Assembly: GCA_963832395.1 (NCBI GenBank)
Contig: CAWHTV010000004.1
Location: forward strand, 69,284 to 133,283
Reading direction: 5' to 3'
DNA length: 64,000 nucleotides
DNA from: an uncultured delta proteobacterium
GTDB lineage: Bacteria; Desulfobacterota; Binatia; Binatales; Binataceae
The notes under the pieces were generated by a model that saw only the letters and a list, made by a program, of their open reading frames with translations, was not told the origin of the DNA and did no database searches. This document shows, piece after piece, positions 34,297 through 43,769 of the stretch. The position numbers and the translations under genes are program-made. Each line of letters starts with the position of its first letter. Positions within the stretch are counted from its first letter, which is position 1.

Positions 34297-34363
34297 CTCC
34301 GGTCTTCCTCGGCCCGCGTCAACCCGCATCGAGCGGCACGCGCGTCAGAATCGTACGGCGCGC

Positions 34364-34636
34364 CTAATGGCCGCGCGTCCCGCACGTCCCGCATCCACTG
34401 GCGCATCCTCCGCCCGCCGCTCCCTTGTCGGGCGGCGGCCCGAAATAGTAGCCCTCTTGTTCCAGCTCGCCGGCCTTGATCCAGCGAAGCGGCTCTCCGA
34501 TCTCGGCGTCGCAATGCACGCAGCATCTGCGCTCGCGATCGCCGTCATCGAGGGCGACATGTACCAGCACGACGCGCCCGCAGGCGGCGCAATGGGCGGT
34601 GGGAAAGGTCGACGCGTTGAGCGACAGATCCTTCAT
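34364..34636 (-). CDS. Small zinc-ribbon-like protein (CxxC...CxxC) with a Gly/Cys-rich C-terminal tail
   Basis: MKDLSLNASTFPTAHCAACGRVV...RRCCVHCDAEIG...GAAGGGCASGCGTCGTRGH. Strong G/C bias at third codon positions supports coding. Immediately upstream of, and co-oriented with, the PNPOx-like gene. Confidence 0.45.
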   Translation of the reverse strand: MKDLSLNASTFPTAHCAACGRVVLVHVALDDGDRERRCCVHCDAEIGEPLRWIKAGELEQEGYYFGPPPDKGAAGGGCASGCGTCGTRGH

Positions 34637-34820
34637 TGCGGAGGCCAGTCCTTTATTGCCAAATCCTCCAATATGAAGACGAAATGGCGCATCATTGGTC
34701 CAGCGCCGTGTATAGCAAGTGCGCGTATATTAGTCTAATCCCCCGCCGGCGCCAGATCATCACCCGGCACTTTGGAATACGCGCAATAGAATACACACGA
34801 TAGAACTACGCAGAACTACG

Positions 34821-35192
34821 ATGGACTGGAAGGACCCGTGGCTATGGATTGCGGTGGCATGCGGCATTGCCGGCGGAGTCGCGATGTTCCTCCCGTTCGG
34901 ACGGGTGCTGAAATGGCGCGCGCGGATGCTGGAGCGGATGGACGGCGCGCCCAACCGGACCGCGCTGTCGATCAAGCTGGAAGCGGGGACGCTGGGATGG
35001 GCGGTCGCGGGGGCGATCGTATTCCTGTTCCTGCCCACGCTGCTGCTGCCGCATGGAACTGGAATCTTCTACCTGGCCGGATTCATGGTCGGGATGAGCT
35101 ATAAGCGGCCGCGTTTCAACCGCCAGATGGAAGCGATCGGGATTGCGCCGCACGCCACTCGCCGCCGCCCGGGCAACGAGGCCCCGCATTGA
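34821..35192 (+). CDS. Hypothetical small membrane protein (three TM helices)
   Basis: MDWKDPWLWIAVACGIAGGVAMFLPF...LGWAVAGAIVFLFLPTLLLPHGTGIFYLAGFMVGM. Confidence 0.4.
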   Translation: MDWKDPWLWIAVACGIAGGVAMFLPFGRVLKWRARMLERMDGAPNRTALSIKLEAGTLGWAVAGAIVFLFLPTLLLPHGTGIFYLAGFMVGMSYKRPRFNRQMEAIGIAPHATRRRPGNEAPH

Positions 35193-35210
35193 CGCCGGTT
35201 CTCACAGAGA

Positions 35211-35357
35211 TTCAGCACCGCCTCTGGCAGGATGTTGAGTTAATACAAAAATCGCTCCGCGTTGATCCTTCACTTCGGCAACCTTCGTTCAGGATGACAG
35301 AAAGAAAGGTCTCGCTTTCCGTCATCCTGAGCGTCAGCGAAGGATCTACGCGAAGCG
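35211..35357. repeat. Palindromic MITE-like repeat, copy B (same family as 5236-5380)
   Basis: caggatgttgagttaatacaaaaatcgctccgcgttgatccttcacttcggcaaccttcgttcaggatgacagaaagaaaggtctcgctttccgtcatcctgagcgtcagcgaaggatctacgcgaagcgatggatc. Confidence 0.6.
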
Positions 35358-35424
35358 ATGGATCTCTTTGGATAGTGTCTCACTGAGACACTACCGAGGG
35401 ATGGAATAAACAGCACTGCAATTG

Positions 35425-36340
35425 ACCTCACGGGCGCACGTACGGCTCGCCCAGCGCGCTCGGCGCGTCGGCCTGGCCGCCGAAGCCCGCCAGCACCACC
35501 AGGGTCAGCGCATAGGGCAGTGCGAGGAACACCTGGTACGGCACCGCCGTGCCGAGCGCCTGCAAGCCGAACTGCAACGCCATCGCCGCGCCGAACAGCA
35601 CCGCGGCCGCCGCGCATCCCCACGCCTTCCAGCGCCCGAGAATCACCACCGCCAGCGCGACGAAGCCGCGGCCGGCCGACATTCCCTCGACGAAGGTGCC
35701 CGCGTAGGCAAGGGTCAGGAACGCGCCGCTCAGACCCGTCAGCACGCCCGCGACCAGCAGCGCCTCCCATCTCAGCCGATACACGCCGAGCCCCAGGGCG
35801 TCGGCCGCCTCGGGCCGCTCGCCCGCCGCGCGCAAGCCGCAGCCCATAGCGCGTGCGCGAGATCACGAGCGCGAGCAGCGGCACCATCGCGAACGCCACG
35901 TATACCAGCACGTTCTGGTCGAAGAATGCGCGGCCGACGACCGGAATGCGCGCGAGCGGTCCCAGCGCCACCGCGCCGAACTGCCTCACCACGAAGGCGC
36001 TGCCGGTCACGCCAAACATCTGGCGGTAGAAAACGCCGGTCAACCCGAGCGCGAGGATATCGAGCGCGGTCCCGGCTACGACCTGGTTCACCGCGAGGTT
36101 GACGACCAACAGCGCCAGCAGCGCGTTGAGCGCGACGGCCGCGGCGACTCCCGCCAGCAATCCGAGCGCGAGGCTGCCGCTGAAGTAGGCCGCCGCCAGC
36201 GCGAAGAACGCCCCGGCCAGCATCGAGCCCTCGATGCCGACATTGATCACGCCGCTTTGCTCGACCAGCAACTCGCCGAGCGCCGCGAGCAGAATCGGCG
36301 TCGCCATCGCGACCGTCGAAGCCAGAAACGCCTCAAGCAT
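35425..36340 (-). CDS. ABC transporter permease (BMP/nucleoside-sugar type, second permease), at least one frameshift near 35850
   Basis: ORF 35270..36454 (TPILLAALGELLVEQSGVINVGIEGSMLAGAFFALAAAYF...) continues in ORF 35428..35847 (LLVAGVLTGLSGAFLTLAYAGTFVEGMSAGRGFVALAVVILGRW...). Confidence 0.6.
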
Positions 36341-37430
36341 CGCCGCCGCTCCCGGCCGGCGCATCGGCCTCAGGAGCCGACGAGCGCGCCGCGGCGCCGC
36401 CGCCGAGCCATAGCGTATCGCTAAGTCCCGCCCACGCCCTGGTATCGAAGGCAAGCAGAATCAGGATCACTATCCCCTGGATCACCTGCACCAGCACCGG
36501 CGATACGCCCTGGCTGCGCTGCATCGCCTGCGAGCCGTTGTCGAGCGCGCCGAACAGCAGCGCCGTCAGCATCACGCCGAGCGGATTGAGCCGCGCCACC
36601 AGCGCCACCGCGATCGCCTCGTAGCCCCATCCGGGCGAGAAACTCTCGTACAGCCGATGCGTGATCGCCGAAACCTGGACCGCGCCGCCCAGGCCGGCCA
36701 GCGCCCCACTGAGCGCCATCGTCGCGATCCCCAGCCGCGCGACCGGGATGCCGAAGAACGCCGCGACGCGCCGGTTGCGGCCCATCGCGCGCAACTCGAA
36801 ACCGCTGCGACTGTGGAAGAGCCAGAGCCACGACGCCAGCGCCAACGCCACCGCGAGAATCATCCCGGCGTTGAGCCGGCTCGGCAGCGCGAACATCCAG
36901 AGCTCGGCCGCGCGCGCGATGGGCGCGCTCTTGGGATACGAGCGCGAGGGCTCGATTAGCGGGCCATGCACGGCGTAGCTCAGGAGTTGCACGGCGACGA
37001 AGTTGAGCATGATGGTGCTGATGACCTCGCTCACCGCGCGCCGCTCGCGAAGCCATCCGCACGCGGCGCTCCAGAGGGCGCCGCCCGCCGCGCCGGCCAG
37101 CAGCACCAGTCCCACCGCTAGCGGCCGGGGCCATCCGCCTAACGCGATTCCCAGCGCGCCCGCGGCCAACGCGCCCACCAGCAACTGGCCCTCGGCGCCG
37201 ATATTCCATAGCGCCCCGCGAAAGGCGATCGACACCGCAAGCCCGGTGAACACCAGCGGCGTGGTTTTGACCAGCGTGTCGGTGGCGGCGAGCCAGTTGC
37301 CGAACGCGCCCTCCCATAGCGCGGCGAAGACGGCGAGCGGCGAGGCGCCAAGCGCAAACAGGATGAGCGCGATGAGCGCGGCCGAAAGCACGAGCGCCGC
37401 GACAGGCTTGCCGAGCCGGGCGAGCATCAC
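36333..37430 (-). CDS. ABC transporter permease (BMP/nucleoside-sugar type, first permease)
   Basis: 365-aa ORF: LVFTGLAVSIAFRGALWNIGAEGQLLVGALAAGALG...TIMLNFVAVQLLSYAVHGPL...ITHRLYESFSPGWGYEAIAVALVARLNP. Confidence 0.7.
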   Translation of the reverse strand: MMLARLGKPVAALVLSAALIALILFALGASPLAVFAALWEGAFGNWLAATDTLVKTTPLVFTGLAVSIAFRGALWNIGAEGQLLVGALAAGALGIALGGWPRPLAVGLVLLAGAAGGALWSAACGWLRERRAVSEVISTIMLNFVAVQLLSYAVHGPLIEPSRSYPKSAPIARAAELWMFALPSRLNAGMILAVALALASWLWLFHSRSGFELRAMGRNRRVAAFFGIPVARLGIATMALSGALAGLGGAVQVSAITHRLYESFSPGWGYEAIAVALVARLNPLGVMLTALLFGALDNGSQAMQRSQGVSPVLVQVIQGIVILILLAFDTRAWAGLSDTLWLGGGAAARSSAPEADAPAGSGGDA

Positions 37431-37585
37431 GGCGCGACGTTAGCCGAGCGGCGCGGTTTCACCAACCCTCGTTTCCAGGACCGCTCCTTTCTAGGACCGC
37501 ACCGGGCGGACACTGCCGGCATCGCACGACTACTCGCTTCGCATCACGATGACGGTTCTGGTCCACATTCCTGATTCCTGCTGGC

Positions 37586-37613
37586 TTGACAGTCTTGTGG
37601 CTTTAGCTTAACT
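37586..37613 (+). promoter_or_regulatory. Sigma-70-like promoter (TTGACA, 16-nt spacer, TTAACT) immediately upstream of the Cys-rich secreted protein gene
   Basis: cTTGACAgtcttgtggctttagcTTAACTcgcaaaccATG. Perfect -35. The -10 ends 8 nt before the ATG, so the transcript would be leaderless or very short-leadered. Confidence 0.4.
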
Positions 37614-37621
37614 CGCAAACC

Positions 37622-38437
37622 ATGCGTTGGTTACTTAAAGCTACATATATCGTCGCGGCTATCCAGCTCCTCAACATAGTGCCAGCGTTTGGTTTCCACT
37701 TGGATCCCTCTCTCGATCCTGAGCCCCCTTTCGTGATTTGCGAGCACCAGCGGTACGCGCTCTGCGCCGCGGCGAGTTGCTTCATCTATGGAGGACTCGC
37801 TTATTGCAAGTGCGACATCTTGAAAGGTGACAGCATCAGTCTGCAGCTCAGCTACTCGAGCCCCGTCGGCGACCGAAACGTATGTGAGGTCAACCGGCAG
37901 GGCAGGACGAATGGTTATATGGTGAGCACCTTCAGCCTTCCAGATGACGCGAGGAAAGGTGGCACCGAGGCGGTTTACACCTGCCCTGGATCCGATGACG
38001 CGGGAGGCGGGGTAGAGGCGCCAGTAGCCTATGGCCAATGTGATGGCGGACTTTGCTTCACGAGCACCAGTGGCCAGAGATTCCCAGGTTCCGCTCGACC
38101 AATCCGGGATGATCAGATCATCTGCTCGTGTCCGATCTCAACTGACACGACGCTGGGCAGTTCCGATAGCTTCGGATATCAAATTTTCGGCCGTTACCAT
38201 CCGAACGCACCCAGAGGAAGTAGATGTGACGCGAACGCCTGTGCGCCGTGCAGTGTGCCTAGTCCCACCGCCAATGGAACCACTCTTCCCGTAGGGGCCC
38301 CGACCGGAAGCGGGAAATTCCTGACGCTCAGGCTCTATGGACCGCCACTGCCGAAAATCAATGAATGTTTGTGCAAGTGCACCCAAGGCCCGGGCGGCAA
38401 CATCTCCTGTTCAGTGGCAGAAGATACGACCCCTTAG
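37622..38437 (+). CDS. Cysteine-rich (18 Cys) secreted hypothetical protein, lower GC than flanks
   Basis: 271-aa intact ORF, signal-like MRWLLKATYIVAAIQLLNIVPAFG. Cys clusters CKCD, ICSCP, CDANACAPCS, CLCKC. No recognisable family. Confidence 0.55.
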   Translation: MRWLLKATYIVAAIQLLNIVPAFGFHLDPSLDPEPPFVICEHQRYALCAAASCFIYGGLAYCKCDILKGDSISLQLSYSSPVGDRNVCEVNRQGRTNGYMVSTFSLPDDARKGGTEAVYTCPGSDDAGGGVEAPVAYGQCDGGLCFTSTSGQRFPGSARPIRDDQIICSCPISTDTTLGSSDSFGYQIFGRYHPNAPRGSRCDANACAPCSVPSPTANGTTLPVGAPTGSGKFLTLRLYGPPLPKINECLCKCTQGPGGNISCSVAEDTTP

Positions 38438-38502
38438 TCACATAAATGTCGGCTACCTAGGGAACGGGAAAGTTAAGCGGCCCCGGCTTCTTTCGTCCTG
38501 GT

Positions 38503-40059
38503 CTAAGATTGCAGCTTTGCAGCCCGCTGCTCGACAAAGCGAGCGAGCTTACGGTTCCAGCTCGAAAGCGCTGGCCAGAGTTCTGCGTATATCTCGCTCA
38601 GTTCTGCGTAGGCCGCCTTCTCCTTCGGCCTCGGTTCGAAGGTCCGAACGATATGGCCGGCCATGGCGGCCGATGCCTCGGCAAAGCTCCGGAACCATCC
38701 GCATCCCGTGGCGGCCGCCATTGCCGCGCCGAGGGAGGACGCCTCCTTGCTCGTCGAGCGATGGACGGAAACGCCCGTGGCATCGGCCAGGATCTGCATC
38801 CACAGATCCGATGCCGTGCCGCCACCCACCGCTACATAGTGGTCGATCGTGTGGCCACAGCCGGCTTGCAGACGCTTCGACGCCAGCGCCTGCTCCAGCA
38901 CCACGCCCTCCAGCAGCGCGCGATAGAGATCGCCGCGCCGGGTTGATCCCGAGAGGCCGGCGATCACGCCCCGGGCCGCCGCATCCCAGTAGGGCGTCAT
39001 GCACCCCTCCCAGTACGGGACGAGCATGACGCCGTTGGCGCCGACCGGCGACGCGGCGGCTTCGGCCTCGAGCGCGGTCAGTGCCTCGCGCTCTTGCTCA
39101 TGGTCGATGCCCAAGACCTCGCGCGTCAGCCAGTCGACCAGAAAGGTGCCGGAGCGCAGGCAGGTCTCGACGATATAGCCTCGATCGGCGACCGCCGTCT
39201 CGGTTCGGAACGCAGCGTCGAAGACGTAGCGTTCGGAGTAGCTTCCCGAGACCACGGCGGTGCCGAGGTTGATATAGGCGCGGCCGGATCGCAGGACATC
39301 GACGCCGGTACCTGCGCACTGTCCGTCGCCGCCGGCGGCGAACACGGGCGTGTCGACCAGAAGGCCGGTCGCCTGTGCGGCGGCTTCGGTAACAGTTCCG
39401 ATGAACGCGCCGGGGCGCACTAGCGGCAGCATCTTGTCGATCGGGACTCCCGCCGCCGCGAGAATGTCCTGCGACCAGACCAGGCGCTCCATGTCGAGAA
39501 CGCCCAGCGGGTCGGCCGAGGCGGTCGAGGTTGCCCAGCGGTCGGTAAGCCGGAAGCAAAGATAGCCATGGACCTCGGCGATATAGGCGGCGCGATCCAG
39601 GAGATGCGGCTCGTTCTCACGCAGCCAGACCATCCGGTAGAGGCAGGGCGTGATGTCGACCGGCTTGCCGGAGATTGCATGGATCTTCTCGGCGCCGAAG
39701 CTCGCCCCGAACCGGCGCATCTGGTCCATCGCCCGCTCGTCGAGCCAGACGATGGCCGGACGGATCGGTTCGCCATGCTCGCCGAAGAGGCCGAAGGTCT
39801 CGCGTTGGTTCGAGATCGCCACGCCCGCGATACGCGCTGGTTCGACCTTTGCCGTGAGCTCGCGCAGCGCCAGAAATGTCGAGCGCCACCAGTCTTCGGG
39901 TTCCTGTTCGAAATAGCGCGGGCGAGGCTGGGCGAGCGGGATTGCGGCACGCCCTTCAGCCACAGGCGCGCCGGTCCGATCCCACGCAATCGCCTTGGTG
40001 GCTGTGGTCGAGGAATCGATTCCGATGACAAGGTCGCGCGGCATGCAAGGGCTCAGCAA
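38503..40059 (-). CDS. FGGY-family carbohydrate kinase (xylulokinase/glycerol kinase-like)
   Basis: Intact 518 aa: LVIGIDSSTTATKAIAWDRTGAPV...ISNQRETFGLF...GSYSERYV...HYVAVGGGTASDLWMQILADATGVSV. Confidence 0.85.
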   Translation of the reverse strand: MLSPCMPRDLVIGIDSSTTATKAIAWDRTGAPVAEGRAAIPLAQPRPRYFEQEPEDWWRSTFLALRELTAKVEPARIAGVAISNQRETFGLFGEHGEPIRPAIVWLDERAMDQMRRFGASFGAEKIHAISGKPVDITPCLYRMVWLRENEPHLLDRAAYIAEVHGYLCFRLTDRWATSTASADPLGVLDMERLVWSQDILAAAGVPIDKMLPLVRPGAFIGTVTEAAAQATGLLVDTPVFAAGGDGQCAGTGVDVLRSGRAYINLGTAVVSGSYSERYVFDAAFRTETAVADRGYIVETCLRSGTFLVDWLTREVLGIDHEQEREALTALEAEAAASPVGANGVMLVPYWEGCMTPYWDAAARGVIAGLSGSTRRGDLYRALLEGVVLEQALASKRLQAGCGHTIDHYVAVGGGTASDLWMQILADATGVSVHRSTSKEASSLGAAMAAATGCGWFRSFAEASAAMAGHIVRTFEPRPKEKAAYAELSEIYAELWPALSSWNRKLARFVEQRAAKLQS

Positions 40060-40121
40060 CCGGGACGGAGTCGCACATGCGCCTGATACGACCCCATAGC
40101 TACGGGAACCTTCGAGATGAG

Positions 40122-40196
40122 TGGCGACGGTAGGAGTCGAACCTACGACACTGCGGATATGAGCCGCATGCTCTAACCAACTGAGCTACGTCGCCA
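40122..40196 (-). tRNA. tRNA-Met (anticodon CAT), elongator type (G1-C72 paired, no GGG/CCC anticodon stem)
   Basis: Minus-strand GGCGACGTAGCTCAGTTGGTTAGAGCATGCGGCTCATATCCGCAGTGTCGTAGGTTCGACTCCTACCGTCGCCA folds as a cloverleaf: D stem GCTC/GAGC, anticodon stem TGCGG/CCGCA with loop CTCATAT, T stem GTAGG/CCTAC. Confidence 0.85.
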
Positions 40197-40255
40197 CCGA
40201 ACCGTCAACATTAGCCGGAGCGGCGCGGGCTTAAAAGAGCCTCGACTCGATCCTC

Positions 40256-40317
40256 GAACGAGCCTCAGGTCGATTTGAACGAGCCTCAGGTCAATTTTGA
40301 ACGAGCTTCAGCTGAGG
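40256..40317. repeat. About 21-bp tandem repeat, 2.5 copies (gaacgagcctcaggtcgattt / gaacgagcctcaggtcaatttt / gaacgagcttcag) between tRNA-Met and the phosphoesterase 3' end
   Basis: Direct reading of 40256-40317. Confidence 0.5.
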
Positions 40318-41025
40318 GCGATGGCGCTGGTTTTTGCCTGACGGCTGCGCCGGCCGACCTGGTACAGCACGCCCTCGGTCAGCTCGATGCAGGTAAGCTT
40401 GCCGCCATAGACCAGGCCGGTGTCGATGCCCAGCTTGTACGGCAGGTCGACCATCACGGCCCGCATCGGGGTGTGTCCGAAGATCACGGTCGAGCCCAGC
40501 TTATGCGGGCTGAAAATAAATTCCTGGCGAATCCAGAGCATGTCCTCGACGCGCTGCTCCTCGAGCTCGAGCGCAGGCACCACGCCGGCGTGGACGAAGA
40601 GGTAGGGCGGACGCAGATAGCTGGTGGCCAGGCGTTTGACGAAATCGAGATGCGGGTCGGGGATGTGGCTGCGCGCCTCGGGCAGTTCGTGCTCGGTCAC
40701 GCCGTAGCTGTCGAGCGTGGCGGAGCCGCCATTGAACAGGAACGACTCGCCGTAGTTTCCGGGCAAGCCGAGAAACGCGCTCATCATGTCCTCGTGGTTG
40801 CCCTTCAGGAAAACGAACTCGGCGCCGCCCTGGCGCTCGCGATCGAGCAGCAGTTCGATCACGTCGTGCGCCGACGGTCCGCGATCGACGTAGTCGCCGA
40901 CGAACACCACCGTGTCGCCGCGCACGGGCTTGATCGCGTTGAGGATCACGCCCAGCTCATCGGGGCATCCGTGGATGTCGCCGATGGCGAACAGGCGGCC
41001 CGTTGCGGCAGGCTGAGGTGATTTT
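40308..41025 (-). CDS. Metallophosphoesterase (PP2B/ApaH/PrpE-like Ser/Thr phosphatase family), one frameshift near 40995
   Basis: N-terminus RLFAIGDIHGCPDELGVILNAIKPVRGDTVVFVGDYVDRGP (first motif in a different frame from the ORF-track start), then FLKGNHEDMM...LFVHAGV...VIFGHTP. Confidence 0.65.
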
Positions 41026-41039
41026 GCTTCGCGCCATTA

Positions 41040-42139
41040 TGATCCACTTTCGATAAATGCCGCCTTCGGCTAATCGCGTCCGCCGCGACGGCCGATCCTT
41101 CCGCGAGCAGTTCGCCAAGCGCCTTGCGATCCTCGATCACGCGGCGCGCCGCGGTGTACGGATTGAGGGTGCCGGCGCGGACTTCGCCGACGACGCCGTT
41201 CGCGCCGCCGTTGCGGACCGCGCGCGCCGCGCGCTCTTCCATCTCGGCGGTCAGCACCTCGACGAATTCGCGCATCCGCCGCTCGCGCTCGCGCTCGGGA
41301 CTGCGATGGGCCGCGACGTATTCGGCATGGCGCGCGATCGCCGCCACCAGCGCGTCGACGCCCTGGTCGGCCGCCGCCTGCGTCAGCACCACCGGCGGCA
41401 GCCATCCGGCATCCTGGCGGCTCAGATGCACGCTCAGCTCGAGCTCCGCCTTGACCCGGTCGGCGCCCTCGCGGTCGGCCTTGTTGACCACGAACAGGTC
41501 GGCGATTTCATTCAGCCCGGCCTTCATCACCTGCACGCCGTCGCCGCCTTCGGGCACCGTCACCACCACGGTGGTGTCGGCAAGGTCCATCACCGCAAGT
41601 TCGGTCTGGCCGACGCCGACGGTCTCGATGATGATGATGTCGAAGCCGAAAGCGTCGAGCAGCTTTACGACCTCGCGCGCGGCGCGGCTCAGTCCGCCAT
41701 GGCTGCCGCGGCTCGAGAGGCTGCGGATGTAAACGCCGGCGTCGCGATAATGGTCGGTCATGCGCACGCGGTCGCCGAGCACCGCGCCGCCGGAAAAGGG
41801 GCTCGAGGGATCGATCGCGAGCACGCCGACTTCCTTGCGCTGGGCGCGATACTTGGCAATGAGGCGATTGACCAGCGTCGATTTGCCCGCGCCCGGCGCG
41901 CCGGTCACTCCGATGATGTAGGCGTGGCCGACGCGCGGGTAGATGCGCTCCATCACGGTGCTGACCACGGCGGCGCGATTCTCGACCAGCGTGATCAGCC
42001 GGGCCAGGGCCAGCCGATCGCGAGCCGCGAAGCGCTCGAGCAGTGAGTTCAGACGCGCGTTATCCACCGGGTTCGTAAGGATCTCAACCTCCTCATGGAT
42101 GCATCCTCTTCCTATTGATGATAACCGCTGGAGCGTCAC
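41040..42139 (-). CDS. meaB: Methylmalonyl-CoA mutase-associated GTPase MeaB/ArgK (G3E family)
   Basis: AYIIGVTGAPGAGKSTLVNRLI...GVLAIDPSSPFSGGAVLGDRVRM...IIIIETVGVGQTE...DLFVVNKADREGA. The 3' end is uncertain because the ORF track runs on to 40946. Confidence 0.7.
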
Positions 42140-42257
42140 GCGCGCAATTCAAAGGCGATTGAGGCGGCCGCGCGGCGCGGCGCATCAGCTGTTGAGTCGT
42201 GTGTCTCGTCCTGTTGTCTTGACGCCGGCAGCGCGCATATTGTTCAGCCAAATACTG

Positions 42258-42671
42258 ATGAAACTGCCTGACGTTTACACCGACTGGCGAATCGTGGCCG
42301 GACTAGCGCTGATCGTGCTCGGCGCGGTCAACTGGGAAATCGGCCGCGCCCGCACCCAGGAATACAGTCGCGTCGTCGTCGGCCATGCGGATGTCGCAGC
42401 CGACGAGGCCTACCGCAGCTTCGACGAACTCGACCCCCGCACCGACCGCGCGGTGCTGGCGCCGTTTACCAACGCGCAGCGGCAGGTCTCCTACGCGACC
42501 GCGCGGATGGACTTCTACCACGCGACGTTTCTCACCGGGCAGGCGCTGGTGCTGGCCGGCGTGGTGCTGACGCTGGTCGGCTTCATCGTGATAATCCAGC
42601 GCGACAACCGCCACGTCCATCGCAGGGTCCGCGCAACCCTGGGTGGCAACGCGCCGCCGCACGCGCACTAG
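42258..42671 (+). CDS. Hypothetical membrane protein (two TM helices)
   Basis: MKLPDVYTDWRIVAGLALIVLGAVNWEIG...FLTGQALVLAGVVLTLVGFIVIIQRD. Confidence 0.4.
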   Translation: MKLPDVYTDWRIVAGLALIVLGAVNWEIGRARTQEYSRVVVGHADVAADEAYRSFDELDPRTDRAVLAPFTNAQRQVSYATARMDFYHATFLTGQALVLAGVVLTLVGFIVIIQRDNRHVHRRVRATLGGNAPPHAH

Positions 42672-42724
42672 CAACGCCGCGGCCGCGCGCGGTCTCGCCT
42701 CCCGATGGTTCCAGGAACGCACGA

Positions 42725-43639
42725 ATGGTCAAGCTGCTCGCCGAGCCGGCGCCGGCCAAGATAAATCTCTTCCTGCGCGTCGTCGGACGGCGCGCCAACG
42801 GCTATCACGAACTCGACTCGGTCTTCGTCCCGGTCTCGCTTTGCGACCAGGTCCGGGTGGAAATCCGCGTAGAACCTGGAAGCGCCGCCGATACGGTGAT
42901 CGCTCTGCAATGCGATCGCGACGACATCCCCACGGGCGACAAAAACCTGGCCTGGCGCGCCGCCGACGCGTTCCTGCGCGAGTTCGGCGCCACGATCCAT
43001 CGCCCGCGCCACGTCGCGATCGATTTGCGCAAGGAAATCCCCGCAGGCGCGGGCCTGGGTGGCGGCTCGAGCGACGCCGGCGCGGTGTTACGCATGATGG
43101 CCGCGCTATGCCGCGTCGACGACGCGTCGCGGCTTGCCCGAGTCGCGCTCGCGCTCGGCGCCGACGTCCCGTTTTTCCTAAGCCCGCATGTCGCGCACGT
43201 CGGCGGCGTGGGCGAGCGTATCGCTCCGCTTGAGGCCGCGGCGCCCGGCGAGCGTGCCCCGCTTTGGCAAACTCCTCTGTGGATGGTAATCGCGGTGCCG
43301 CCGGTCGAGGTCTCGACCGCGGAAGTTTTCCGCGCGCTTTCGCCCGAACAATGGAGCGGCGCCGCGCCAGCGGAGCATCTGCGCGCGATCGTCTCGGGCC
43401 GGATAGCGCCGGCGATGCTGCAAAACGACCTGGCGGCGGTGGCGATGGCGCGGTATCCGGAAATCGCGGAACTGCGGTCGGCGCTGGTTGCGGCCGGAGC
43501 AGCGGGGGCGTCGATGTCAGGGAGCGGCGGCGCGGTGTTTGGAATTTTCGCCGGCGCGCAGCAGGCTGCTCAAGCCGCCGCCGAAATGCGCCAGAATCTT
43601 CCACAGGCACGATATTACGTCGTAAATTCGCTTCCTTAG
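42725..43639 (+). CDS. ispE: 4-diphosphocytidyl-2-C-methyl-D-erythritol kinase
   Basis: Intact 304 aa: PAKINLFLRVVGRRANGYHELDSVFVPVSLCD...IDLRKEIPAGAGLGGGSSDAGAVLRMM...GASMSGSGGAVFGIF. Confidence 0.85.
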   Translation: MVKLLAEPAPAKINLFLRVVGRRANGYHELDSVFVPVSLCDQVRVEIRVEPGSAADTVIALQCDRDDIPTGDKNLAWRAADAFLREFGATIHRPRHVAIDLRKEIPAGAGLGGGSSDAGAVLRMMAALCRVDDASRLARVALALGADVPFFLSPHVAHVGGVGERIAPLEAAAPGERAPLWQTPLWMVIAVPPVEVSTAEVFRALSPEQWSGAAPAEHLRAIVSGRIAPAMLQNDLAAVAMARYPEIAELRSALVAAGAAGASMSGSGGAVFGIFAGAQQAAQAAAEMRQNLPQARYYVVNSLP

Positions 43640-43769
43640 CTGCGCACGGTAAGAGCCCGCCGCCCTTCCTATTCCGTCAAACGGCGCCCATACGGCGGCC
43701 ACTTGTGGAACTTAGTCGAAAGCGACGATTGACACTCAAAATCACCATCCATTAACATCCCCGTCACAA

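Noticed and set aside
40946-41060. Apparent about 100-bp overlap between the MeaB ORF tail and the phosphoesterase start
   Set aside because: It is most likely an artefact of a missed stop or frameshift at the MeaB 3' end. The phosphoesterase N-terminal motif (GDIHG) is clearly encoded in a different frame in this stretch, so a real overlap of this length is unlikely.
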